Source: an uncultured Verrucomicrobiota bacterium (GTDB lineage: Bacteria; Verrucomicrobiota; Verrucomicrobiia; Limisphaerales; UBA1100). Taken from it: 53,344 bases of DNA. The notes under the pieces are model-generated. The model did not search any database. It was not told the DNA's origin and worked only from the letters and a program-made list of their open reading frames with translations. Shown one piece after another: positions 1 through 8,582 of the stretch; the first letter of the stretch is position 1; each line of letters opens with the position of its first letter. A program made the position numbers and the translations under genes. The DNA lies in assembly GCA_964616045.1 (NCBI GenBank), contig CAZTTU010000005.1, forward strand, positions 1 through 53,344. The letters run 5' to 3'.

Positions 1-336
1 CTCAAAATAATCCGAGGCAAAGAAAACCTTGTCACTCAGCACATGATCCGCCCAGTCATCGATCAGCCATCTCACATCGGCCTGGATCGACTTCACGTAT
101 TCTGTGTCCTCTTTAACCGGATTCGTGTCATCAAAGCGCAGGTGGCAGGTTCCATTATTTTCCAAGGCAATACCGAAGTTCAGGCATATGGATTTTGCGT
201 GCCCGATGTGCAGATAGCCGTTGGGCTCAGGCGGGAAACGCGTAACTATATCTTCATATTTGCCCGCAGCTACATCGGCCAAGACGATATCACGCACAAA
301 ATCGGTTAACGATTCATTAATTGCAGTCTCACGCAT
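1..336 (-). CDS. glnS: Glutaminyl-tRNA synthetase, 5' part (runs off the left edge)
   Basis: Not in the ORF track. The minus strand from ATG at 336 reads [18 protein letters not shown]...[25 protein letters not shown]...[16 protein letters not shown], the class I HIGH motif in GlnRS context. Confidence 0.95.
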   Translation of the reverse strand, partial: MRETAINESLTDFVRDIVLADVAAGKYEDIVTRFPPEPNGYLHIGHAKSICLNFGIALENNGTCHLRFDDTNPVKEDTEYVKSIQADVRWLIDDWADHVLSDKVFFASDYFE

Positions 337-369
337 GGACGGTGTGTTTCGGACAATTGGAAGAGTGAG

Positions 370-1587
370 TCAACTATTTTGCGGAGTATCAGAAGCTTTG
401 CCCAGCCACAAATCCACTGCGCCCAAGGGGAAAACTAATGCCGCCGCAGTAAACCAGATATTTAGCTTAAAGATATACATCCCAAGCTCTCCCTCTATGA
501 GCAACGGAGCCAAAACAATAAGTAGCGTTCCACCCACGCCTAAAACCAAAGCTTTCAACGCACGCTTAGAGGCCAACTGGGGAGAGCGTTCGGTGGTGTT
601 TGTAAGGCCGATAATCACAGAGGTAATTTGCAGCACAAGCCCAATGAGCACCACCAAGGTAAAAAACACCCAGAGTAGAATTACAGGCAACATAACAATC
701 AAGCCTATCAATTGGAAGAGAATCAAGAAGACGCCCCCAACGAGACCAAGGTAATATGCCTTGGCAGAATTGGGACGCAATTGTCGCACCGCGTGTGGAG
801 TCAAAAGAATGGTAAAGTAAAGTGTACTAAGCACTCCTGCTAGAACTATTAGGAATAATAACCCGGTTGCTCCAATACCAATCAAACCGCGAAGTCCGAT
901 AAAAGACTTATCAATCGCCTCCTTCCTGCCGGTTTCCTGCGAAAGGTCGATCCCTTCCAGTCCGGAAAGGACTTCCATCAATTTGACAAAACTATCCCCC
1001 CCTACAACCATAACCAGCAGTAATGGTAACATTGAGATTAAGACCGCCAGCACTCCCCGGCTCCTACCCTTGAACATAAAACCAACCGCACTGATCACCA
1101 ATCCGGCCACACCCGGCCACACCATCAGGGGGATGACGGACCATGATAGATTTTCATTAGCCCATTCGAAATGAAAATTGACGATGCCCTTTTCGTCGCC
1201 GAGCTGAGTCGGCCAAATGAAAGCAAGCAAATAAAGCAATCCCACTGTCAGCCAAGCGCAGGAACGAATGCGCTCCTCTATTTCCGGTCTATGGCGACGC
1301 ACATCCGGATCATCCTCATGGGGATCCCGCAGATCAACAGGTTGACCAATTTTTGCCTCTCGCGCAGGATCGATGATCGCATCAGGAAGTGTCGGTGGTG
1401 TTCCCGACGATGTTCCAGAATGCTCGCCCTCCTGCGGCAAGATTTCTCCCACTGGTTTCCATTCACCAAGATCCTTACTAGTCGCAAAAGTTTCCGGTGA
1501 AATTTTTCCGGACATCAACCCTCCGCGAATCTCTGTTTCATCGAAAGGCCCGGACGCCTCACCGTCCTGAACAAGGAAAATTTTCAT
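370..1587 (-). CDS. GYF_2 (DUF4339)-domain multi-pass membrane protein
   Basis: Likely start MKIFLVQDGEASGPF at 1587, just after the upstream stop at 1589. GYF_2-like GPF...W motif, then about 8-9 hydrophobic segments. Confidence 0.75.
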   Translation of the reverse strand: MKIFLVQDGEASGPFDETEIRGGLMSGKISPETFATSKDLGEWKPVGEILPQEGEHSGTSSGTPPTLPDAIIDPAREAKIGQPVDLRDPHEDDPDVRRHRPEIEERIRSCAWLTVGLLYLLAFIWPTQLGDEKGIVNFHFEWANENLSWSVIPLMVWPGVAGLVISAVGFMFKGRSRGVLAVLISMLPLLLVMVVGGDSFVKLMEVLSGLEGIDLSQETGRKEAIDKSFIGLRGLIGIGATGLLFLIVLAGVLSTLYFTILLTPHAVRQLRPNSAKAYYLGLVGGVFLILFQLIGLIVMLPVILLWVFFTLVVLIGLVLQITSVIIGLTNTTERSPQLASKRALKALVLGVGGTLLIVLAPLLIEGELGMYIFKLNIWFTAAALVFPLGAVDLWLGKASDTPQNS

Positions 1588-1588
1588 G

Positions 1589-3067
1589 CTAGAAGTTTCG
1601 CCCATCAGGTTCGCGTTTCCCGCACAACAAATCAATGCAGGCCATTGGGATGAGTATGCAAATACCTCCCAACCACGCCATATACTTAACTCCAATCAAA
1701 AACCAACCCATGACTGACTCAATCCGGGCATTCAAAGGCGCCTTCAACTTACTCAGGTATTTTTCTTGATGTTTAACTTCGTAACTGGTCGCAGCTGTTT
1801 GTAATTGATCCGTCACATATGTGTAACGTTTACCCGCGGTTTCTGTATATTTATTTGAACTCTCATATATCACCTTGCCCCATACCGGCACAATCGGCAT
1901 CAGCATCGAGGCCACCATCAGAGTTACAGCTAGGTTTGAGTATTTTTTTATCAAACTCGGGCGAATTTTTCGTTGATTCATAAAACACAAGACGGCCGAG
2001 CCAATCTGCATCAACATCATCAGCATCAGGCCTACTCCCAACACTATGTCATTGGATATGCTGTCAATGGTCGTCATCACCAACATTCCATCGCCCAAAG
2101 GCAACAACCACATGAGGATAACCGCCACTCCGCCCACCAGAGACATCACATAAGAAGCTATATTGTCGGGTCGATAAAAACGCACTTTGGCGCCAGCCAC
2201 AATCCCTACCCAAGCCAGACCAAAAACCATAATGAAAACAGGATAATTTCCCGGGTTAAAACCCAATTTATCGTAAAATTGATTGCCTATTTCCGCCTTA
2301 GAACTGACCGTCGGTATATGTGGATTGTATTGATCATGTCCTGGGGGAGGCTCGTCCCGAACAGCCGTTGAATTATCATCCATATACTGCACCTCAAATT
2401 TCCCAACATCGGGAAACGCCAAGCTCGTGCCAATAATAATCAAGCCCAAGGCAAGCAACACACCTCCCCGGTCCCGTCCATGCATCGACGAGGCCATAAT
2501 ACAGCACGCGATACCGACAACACCCGCGGCGAGAGTATCAAACATCATCTCCCACGTGTATGGTTTCATGGTCGCAGCGTTCGGAGCATCAGATGCAGCG
2601 GGCGTCAACCACATGTCGTAGACTGGAATATGCCAATTTCCCGCTGTGCCAAAAATAGGAAGAACACAGGCGACCAGAAACGCCCAGCCTACTGAGTTCA
2701 CAAACGCACTCCGCTGGGCAGTCTCAGCCTCATATGATTGAGAGGGGGGAATCTTAATCTCAACGGTCTGTCGCTGTGCGGCAGTCGCCTGCTCTTCTGG
2801 TGAGGGCACAGGATCATCCAGATTATGGCCGCATGCCAAACAAACCACCTGATCCGACTCCAATCCCGCTGCACACTTGGGACAGGCTAAGTTTGGCTCA
2901 AGCGCTGGGGCTCCTCCTCCAACTTGGGTTATTGGATACCAGTCCGCCGCGCCCTCATGCCAAGCCATGTCCGTTGCCACAAGATTTCCCGCAGCAAGAT
3001 ACTCTTGAACCTGCTCTGGAGTATACGGACCGAATTCCTGCCCGTCCCTGGAAATGTGGATCATCAT
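1589..3067 (-). CDS. GYF_2 + zinc-ribbon multi-pass membrane protein
   Basis: ISRDGQEFGPY...LVATDMAWHEGAADWYPI (GYF_2); CPKC-x10-CLAC zinc ribbon; multiple TM helices. Confidence 0.8.
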   Translation of the reverse strand: MMIHISRDGQEFGPYTPEQVQEYLAAGNLVATDMAWHEGAADWYPITQVGGGAPALEPNLACPKCAAGLESDQVVCLACGHNLDDPVPSPEEQATAAQRQTVEIKIPPSQSYEAETAQRSAFVNSVGWAFLVACVLPIFGTAGNWHIPVYDMWLTPAASDAPNAATMKPYTWEMMFDTLAAGVVGIACCIMASSMHGRDRGGVLLALGLIIIGTSLAFPDVGKFEVQYMDDNSTAVRDEPPPGHDQYNPHIPTVSSKAEIGNQFYDKLGFNPGNYPVFIMVFGLAWVGIVAGAKVRFYRPDNIASYVMSLVGGVAVILMWLLPLGDGMLVMTTIDSISNDIVLGVGLMLMMLMQIGSAVLCFMNQRKIRPSLIKKYSNLAVTLMVASMLMPIVPVWGKVIYESSNKYTETAGKRYTYVTDQLQTAATSYEVKHQEKYLSKLKAPLNARIESVMGWFLIGVKYMAWLGGICILIPMACIDLLCGKREPDGRNF

Positions 3068-3116
3068 AACTGATGTGGGTTCAGCTTGATCAGCGAACAC
3101 GAAACCACATTTTTTT

Positions 3117-3569
3117 TCAAGGCCGGAGTCCCTCGGGCCACCAGCGCATCACGCGATGGCGACCGATTCTGGGCAGATCAAAAAAATCTCCACAAGGCTC
3201 AAAACCGAGGCGATCGTAAATTGGAATAGCCTTCACACGGACGTCTGCCCAGAGCGCGGCTTGGCGCGCGGCTGAATAAACCTGTGCAGCTTGCACCAAT
3301 TTGGTGCCAACCCCCTTCCCGCGCATCATCTCCTCAACGCCCAACCAACGAACACGCAATTCGCAATTGTGCTTAGGCTCGTTGATAACGGCAATACACC
3401 CAACAGACTCGCCCTTATGGAAAGCGACCCCCAAAACAGTCGATGGGTTTTTTGTCATTTCGGCATCTGTTTCAGGTCCAGCCGGCTTGAATGGATAGAG
3501 TGTGCGCCGGCGCACTTCAGCAATAACCTGCGGTGACACGTCCCACTCATATGTGAAAGCCTCCGACAT
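3117..3569 (-). CDS. GNAT family N-acetyltransferase
   Basis: LGVEEMMRGKGVGTKLV acetyl-CoA motif A and AIPIYDRLGF motif B. Confidence 0.85.
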   Translation of the reverse strand: MSEAFTYEWDVSPQVIAEVRRRTLYPFKPAGPETDAEMTKNPSTVLGVAFHKGESVGCIAVINEPKHNCELRVRWLGVEEMMRGKGVGTKLVQAAQVYSAARQAALWADVRVKAIPIYDRLGFEPCGDFFDLPRIGRHRVMRWWPEGLRP

Positions 3570-3575
3570 GGAGTC

Positions 3576-3872
3576 TTAGCTCTCGATCACGTTGATCTCC
3601 ACCGGCTCCACCTTGATACCCTTGCGCTCAAGCCATTTGGTAGCCATTTTCAAATCCTCACGTAAGCCTTCCATCTCCAAGCAGACGATGCCAATCTCAT
3701 CGCGAACCTCCGCCTGACGAATGTTGACCACAAGTTCAAAGCAAGTGACCAGTTCGTAGATCACCGGAGAAGTGATGTGCTTGGGCGGGTACATGAGCCA
3801 CAACCGCAACCGTTTCTTGGCTGACCCCTTCTCTGCCTTTTTTCTGGTCGCCCTCTTTTTCTTTGTAGGCAT
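3576..3872 (-). CDS. Stand-alone NIL-domain protein
   Basis: PVIYELVTCFELVVNIRQAEV...GIVCLEMEG...WLERKGIKVE matches the NIL (ACT-like) pattern; basic N-terminal tail. Confidence 0.8.
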   Translation of the reverse strand: MPTKKKRATRKKAEKGSAKKRLRLWLMYPPKHITSPVIYELVTCFELVVNIRQAEVRDEIGIVCLEMEGLREDLKMATKWLERKGIKVEPVEINVIES

Positions 3873-3876
3873 AAGC

Positions 3877-4152
3877 TCAGCCGCCGGCGATGGCAGGAAT
3901 GATGCTTACCTCGTCACCGTCCTTGAGCGGAGTTTCCTTTTCCTGCAAGAAACGAATGTCTTCCTCATTGACGTAGACGTTAACGAAGCGGCGAACTTGA
4001 CCCTTCTCATCAAGCAGTCGCTCCTGAAGACCGGGGTAACGACTCTCTAATTCGGCGATAGCATCGCCAATGGTCTCTGCACTGGTCTCCACCATTTCCT
4101 CATCGTGGGTGAGCTTACGTAGCGGGGTGGGGATTCGGATTTGAACTGGCAT
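3877..4152 (-). CDS. MoaD/ThiS/CysO-family ubiquitin-like sulfur carrier
   Basis: IPTPLR...FVNVYVNEEDIRFL...LKDGDEVSIIPAIAGG, ending in a free C-terminal GG. Confidence 0.92.
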   Translation of the reverse strand: MPVQIRIPTPLRKLTHDEEMVETSAETIGDAIAELESRYPGLQERLLDEKGQVRRFVNVYVNEEDIRFLQEKETPLKDGDEVSIIPAIAGG

Positions 4153-4159
4153 AATTTAT

Positions 4160-5419
4160 TTAGATGGAGGTTAGGGATTTATCACTGTCCAGCAGTGCAT
4201 CAAACTCGCGCAGGCTTGGGCTGATTTCGCAGGTGCGACCAGCATTGTTCTCTACCGCATCGAGGGTCTTGAGCCCATTGCCGGTAACACACAACACGGC
4301 GGAATCATCGGCGGGGATGGCACCGCTGGCAATTAGTTTCTTGGCCACACCCACTGTCACACCACCGGCCGTCTCGGAAAAAATACCTTCGGTCTCGGCC
4401 AAAAGTTTGATGCCCTCACGAATCTCATCATCCGTCACATCTTCTGCCGCTCCGCTGGTTTCATTGAAAACTTTCAATGCGTAGAATCCATCCGCTGGAG
4501 TACCGATGGCGAGACTCTTGGCAATAGTGCTGGGTTTTACTGGTTTGAAAAAATCCTGCCCGTCCTTGAACGCCTGGCTGATGGGCGAACAGCCAGTGGC
4601 TTGAGCCCCATGAACACTATAGGGCGTCCCCCTCACCAAACCAACCTTGACGGCTTCCTGATAGCTCTTTTGGATTTTTGTGAGCAACGAGCCGGAAGCC
4701 ATCGGCACCACGGTGTGCTGCGGAATTTCCCAGCCAAGCTGCTCGATAATTTCATAACCCTGACTTTTGGAACCTTCAGCGTAATAGGGCCGCATGTTCA
4801 CATTCACAAATGCCCAGTTATATTTGCCGGCAATCTCCGCACACAGGCGATTCACCTCGTCGTAGTGGCCCTTAATGGAAATTACATTGGCATTGTATAT
4901 AAGAGAATTGACAACCTTGCCCTGCTCAAGGTCGTGAGGGATAAACACAAACGCCTTTATGCCGGAAGCCGCTGCGTTGGCGGCAACGCTGTTGGCAAGA
5001 TTGCCGGTGGATGCGCAGGCCACCACCTCGTAGCCCAGCTCACGCGCGCGGCTCAAGGCCACGCTCACCACGCGATCCTTGAACGAGAGCGTCGGGTAAT
5101 TGACCGTGTCATTCTTGACCCAAAGCTCGCGAATACCCAACCGCTTGGCAAGGCGATCCGCCTTGATAAGTGGCGTGAAGCCCACCTCGAGACCCACCGT
5201 GGGTTCCTTGGCCACGGGCAACAGTTCACGGTAACGCCACATACTTTGTGGCCGACTGGCGATGGATTTGCGGGTGAGCTTGCTCTTGATACGCTCATAA
5301 TCATACACCACCTCGAGCGGTCCAAAATCAAACTCACACACATGCCGCGCCTCGAGCGGATACTCCCGCCCACATTCGCGACACCGCAACGCCTTCATGT
5401 ATCCCTGCTGTTTTGCCAT
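4160..5419 (-). CDS. thrC: Threonine synthase-family PLP enzyme (possibly a sulfhydrylase)
   Basis: PTLSFKDR PLP-lysine motif, CASTGNLA and VTGNGLKT; N-terminal CxxC. Confidence 0.85.
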   Translation of the reverse strand: MAKQQGYMKALRCRECGREYPLEARHVCEFDFGPLEVVYDYERIKSKLTRKSIASRPQSMWRYRELLPVAKEPTVGLEVGFTPLIKADRLAKRLGIRELWVKNDTVNYPTLSFKDRVVSVALSRARELGYEVVACASTGNLANSVAANAAASGIKAFVFIPHDLEQGKVVNSLIYNANVISIKGHYDEVNRLCAEIAGKYNWAFVNVNMRPYYAEGSKSQGYEIIEQLGWEIPQHTVVPMASGSLLTKIQKSYQEAVKVGLVRGTPYSVHGAQATGCSPISQAFKDGQDFFKPVKPSTIAKSLAIGTPADGFYALKVFNETSGAAEDVTDDEIREGIKLLAETEGIFSETAGGVTVGVAKKLIASGAIPADDSAVLCVTGNGLKTLDAVENNAGRTCEISPSLREFDALLDSDKSLTSI

Positions 5420-5432
5420 GGCGTTTCGCTAA

Positions 5433-5463
5433 ATAAAAAAACCCGCTCGTGACGATGAGCGGG
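5433..5463 (-). terminator. Intrinsic terminator / expression platform of the SAM riboswitch
   Basis: Minus strand CCCGCTC-atcgtcac-GAGCGGG followed by a T-tract. It contains CTCATC, complementary to the aptamer 3' P1 strand GATGAG. Confidence 0.8.
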
Positions 5464-5484
5464 CGAAAAACGTTTGCACCAAGG

Positions 5485-5595
5485 CTCATCTTTCCGGCTC
5501 CCGCCGGCTGGATTTGGCACCTGGACATCGAAACGCGCCGCTTCAACCGGTTGCCGTGACATCAACGGGCCAGACCCTCCGTCACTCTTCATGAG
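5485..5595 (-). ncRNA. SAM-I (S-box) riboswitch aptamer
   Basis: Minus strand CTCATGAAGAG...GGAGGGTCTGGCCCGTTGA...CGGCAACC...GGTGCCAAATCC...AAAGATGAG is the canonical SAM-I conserved core. Confidence 0.93.
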
Positions 5596-5618
5596 CGCTC
5601 TCCGAAGAAAGCGAGAAA

Positions 5619-5646
5619 ATTCTAGTTAAATCGCCACTCACGTCAA
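5619..5646 (-). promoter_or_regulatory. Sigma70-type promoter of the riboswitch operon
   Basis: TTGACG-N16-TAGAAT, ~25 nt upstream of the aptamer. Confidence 0.6.
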
Positions 5647-5649
5647 TGC

Positions 5650-6120
5650 TTAATCAGACAACTCAGCCGGAAACCCCTGCTGCCGGAGCGATTCATAGAG
5701 TACCAAAGCCACGCAATTTGCCAGATTCAAGGAGCGCGCCTCGGCATTGAACATGGGAATTCGCAAACAACTCTGCGGATTATTGTCCAGCAATGCAAGT
5801 GGCAATCCCGCGGTTTCCCGGCCAAACACCAGATAGTCGTCTGGATGGAATTCAACTTCATTATAACGCATCTTCCCACTTTCCTCTACGAACCAACACC
5901 GTGCCCCGACCGTCAACGTCTTCGTAAATGCAGGCCAATCATTCCACACCTGCCAATCCACCTGCTGCCAGTAATCCATCCCGGACCGCTTAAGCGTGGA
6001 ATCATCCAGTCGAAAGCCAAGTGGACCAACCAGGTGCAACCGTGAATTTGTCGCCGCGCAAAGTCGCGCCACATTGCCAGTATTTGGAGGAATCTCTGGC
6101 TCGACCAACACAACATTCAT
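5650..6120 (-). CDS. trmL: tRNA (cytidine/uridine-34 2'-O)-methyltransferase, SPOUT family
   Basis: EPEIPPNTGNVARLC, LVFGRETAGLP and RSLNLAN motifs. Confidence 0.93.
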   Translation of the reverse strand: MNVVLVEPEIPPNTGNVARLCAATNSRLHLVGPLGFRLDDSTLKRSGMDYWQQVDWQVWNDWPAFTKTLTVGARCWFVEESGKMRYNEVEFHPDDYLVFGRETAGLPLALLDNNPQSCLRIPMFNAEARSLNLANCVALVLYESLRQQGFPAELSD

Positions 6121-6135
6121 CTTCAGTTAATCTTC

Positions 6136-6882
6136 CTAATAAAAAACACGCCATAACGTCAGCCCGCAAGCCGGTGCATTCATGCCTGCCACACCTCGAT
6201 CGCGCTCGTGAAAAATTTGGCGAATTTCCTTCTGTGTCATTTTCCCCTGTCCCACTCGTTCCAGTGTTCCCACAATTCCTCGGCACATCTTATAAAGGAA
6301 CCCTTCGCCCTCGATAATGAGTTTCCAGGTGAAACCTTCCTTGCGCACGTCACACCGTGTCAAGCGTCGCACTGTAGATTCCATTTCGTACTCGTGCGTG
6401 GAGGCAAATGATTTAAAATCCTTTTTACCAACAAACAACTTGGCTGCCTTCTGCACCCTCTCCAAGTCCATCGAAACCGGCACATGCCAAGCGCGATTGA
6501 GCAGCAGTGGATTCATCGCCGCGCGGTTCCAGATAAGATACAAATACTGTTTTCTCTTCGCATCAAAGCGCGCATGGAAATCCTTCTTTACTCGCTTGAC
6601 CCCCATAATTCGGATGTCGACGGGCAAAAAAGAATTAACCGCCAACAGTAGCTTGCGCTCATCCATTCGGCACTCGGCCTCCAGAATGTCCACATGCGCC
6701 ACCATGCCCATCGCATGCACGCCCGTATCGGTACGGCTTGAACTATGAACGCGCTTCACGCTCGGGAACAATTCACGCAATGCCTCTTCCACCCGTTGCT
6801 GCACAGTCATCCTGCCCTTTTGCACTTGCCACCCAAAATAGCGCGTGCCGTTGTAAGCAATGGTGAGCTTGAATCGCAGCAT
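6136..6882 (-). CDS. truA: tRNA pseudouridine(38-40) synthase
   Basis: YNGTRYFGWQ, RTDTGVHA (catalytic Asp), FHARFDA and GFLYKMCR. Likely ATG start at 6882. Confidence 0.95.
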   Translation of the reverse strand: MLRFKLTIAYNGTRYFGWQVQKGRMTVQQRVEEALRELFPSVKRVHSSSRTDTGVHAMGMVAHVDILEAECRMDERKLLLAVNSFLPVDIRIMGVKRVKKDFHARFDAKRKQYLYLIWNRAAMNPLLLNRAWHVPVSMDLERVQKAAKLFVGKKDFKSFASTHEYEMESTVRRLTRCDVRKEGFTWKLIIEGEGFLYKMCRGIVGTLERVGQGKMTQKEIRQIFHERDRGVAGMNAPACGLTLWRVFY

Positions 6883-6883
6883 G

Positions 6884-7297
6884 TTAACCGGAAAGACTGT
6901 CAAGATAGGCCTGCAACATCACTGCGGCCGCCGAAGCATCCACTTTCGCCTTTGCTTTCTTTGCGTTCACACCGGCTTCGCGCAGATTCTTAACGGCAGA
7001 TATACTTGTGAGCCGCTCGTCCCATGATTGGACTGGCACCACCACGGATTTCCTCAATGTCGCCAAAAAATCCTGCACTTTCAACGCCTGCGAACCGTAA
7101 CTACCATCCATGTTGCGGGGCATACCTACAACTATCTGCTCAATCTGCCGCTCGACCATGATTGTTTTCAGTCGCTCTAGAAACGCCTCATATGGCTCCG
7201 TTAAAATAAATTCCAAAGGATGCGCGAGCATGCCGAGATCATCGCTCACCGCAATGCCGATACGTTTGTCGCCGTGATCAATCCCAAGCGCCTTCAT
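6884..7297 (-). CDS. ruvX: YqgF/RuvX pre-16S rRNA nuclease
   Basis: LGIDHGDKRIGIAVSD, VVGMPRNMDG, DERLTS and DASAA motifs. Confidence 0.93.
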   Translation of the reverse strand: MKALGIDHGDKRIGIAVSDDLGMLAHPLEFILTEPYEAFLERLKTIMVERQIEQIVVGMPRNMDGSYGSQALKVQDFLATLRKSVVVPVQSWDERLTSISAVKNLREAGVNAKKAKAKVDASAAAVMLQAYLDSLSG

Positions 7298-8577
7298 TGC
7301 AACGTCGCCATTACCTTCTCTGCCGCCGAAATTGTATCGTCGATATCCTCATGAGAATGCGCCGCGGAAATGAAACCGGCCTCAAATGGCGACGGAGCAA
7401 GATACACCCCCTCAGCCAACATTCCGTGAAAATATTGTTTGAACCGCTCACGATCAGCCTGCATGGCCTCGGCCAGATTGTGAACCGGCTGATCGGTGAA
7501 AAAAGTGCAGATCATGGAGCCGATGCGTTGGATTGTCACCGCAACGCCATTCTTCTCTGCCGCGGCATTCAAGCCAACCTCCAGCCGCGCACCGGAAGTT
7601 TCGAGTTTCTGATGTATTTTACCCGACTGCAGCTGCTCCAGGGCTGCAATACCAGCCACCATTGCCAGCGGATTTCCGCTAAGAGTGCCGGCCTGATATA
7701 CCGGGCCATCGGGTGCGAGTACATCCATGATTGCCCCACGCCCGCCAAAGGCGCCCACCGGCAAACCGCCTCCTATGATTTTGCCGAAGCAACTCAAGTC
7801 CGGCGTGATACCAAAGCGTTCCTGTGCCCCACCCAAATTCACGCGAAAGCCAGTCATCACCTCGTCAAAAATTAAAAGGCTGCCGTTGGACCGGGTAATT
7901 TCTCGCAGGAACTCCAGATATCCCGGCCGCGGAAGATACACCCCAGCATTACCCGGCACTGGCTCAAGAATGATGCCAGCCACCTGTGATTGATTTGCCG
8001 CAAACGCCTCTTCCACGGCTGCCTTGTCATTGAATGGCAACACGATCGTGTGCGCGGTAAATTCCCCTGGCACTCCAGCGCTATCGGGATTGCCGCAAGT
8101 CAACGCACCCGAACCTGCCTTTACCAGAAGTGAATCTGCGTGCCCATGATAGCAGCCATCAAACTTGATGATCTTGGGCCTATCGGTAAATCCACGTGCC
8201 ACGCGAATGGCGCTCATGCAGGCCTCGGTGCCGGAATTGACCATGCGCACTTTCTCCACACTTGGCACGCATTCCTTCACGAGCTGCGCCATGCGCACCT
8301 CATGCTTATTGGGAATACCAAAACTGGTGCCCTGCTCCGCAGCGTTCTTCACCGCCTCAATGATGGCCGAATTGGCATGACCCAAAATTGCCGGGCCCCA
8401 GGTGCCCACATAGTCGATGTATTTATTCCCGTCCACATCCCATACGTGAGAACCGACTGCGCGTTTCGCAAAGAATGGCTGGCCGCCCACGCCGCGGAAG
8501 GCGCGCACCGGCGAATTGACTCCGCCGGGAATATGATTTAGCGACTCGGCAAATAGTTCCTTAGATTTTACATTCAT
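7294..8577 (-). CDS. hemL: Glutamate-1-semialdehyde 2,1-aminomutase
   Basis: PGGVNSPVRAF, GCYHGHAD, FDEVMTGFR, GKIIGGGLPVGA and YQAGTLSGNP. Confidence 0.97.
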   Translation of the reverse strand: MNVKSKELFAESLNHIPGGVNSPVRAFRGVGGQPFFAKRAVGSHVWDVDGNKYIDYVGTWGPAILGHANSAIIEAVKNAAEQGTSFGIPNKHEVRMAQLVKECVPSVEKVRMVNSGTEACMSAIRVARGFTDRPKIIKFDGCYHGHADSLLVKAGSGALTCGNPDSAGVPGEFTAHTIVLPFNDKAAVEEAFAANQSQVAGIILEPVPGNAGVYLPRPGYLEFLREITRSNGSLLIFDEVMTGFRVNLGGAQERFGITPDLSCFGKIIGGGLPVGAFGGRGAIMDVLAPDGPVYQAGTLSGNPLAMVAGIAALEQLQSGKIHQKLETSGARLEVGLNAAAEKNGVAVTIQRIGSMICTFFTDQPVHNLAEAMQADRERFKQYFHGMLAEGVYLAPSPFEAGFISAAHSHEDIDDTISAAEKVMATLQ

Positions 8578-8582
8578 GAATG

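Noticed and set aside
43-309. Plus-strand 88-aa ORF and the many other ORFs antisense to long genes (e.g. 4601..5452, 12382..13551)
   Set aside because: Shadow frames of clearly identified genes on the opposite strand.
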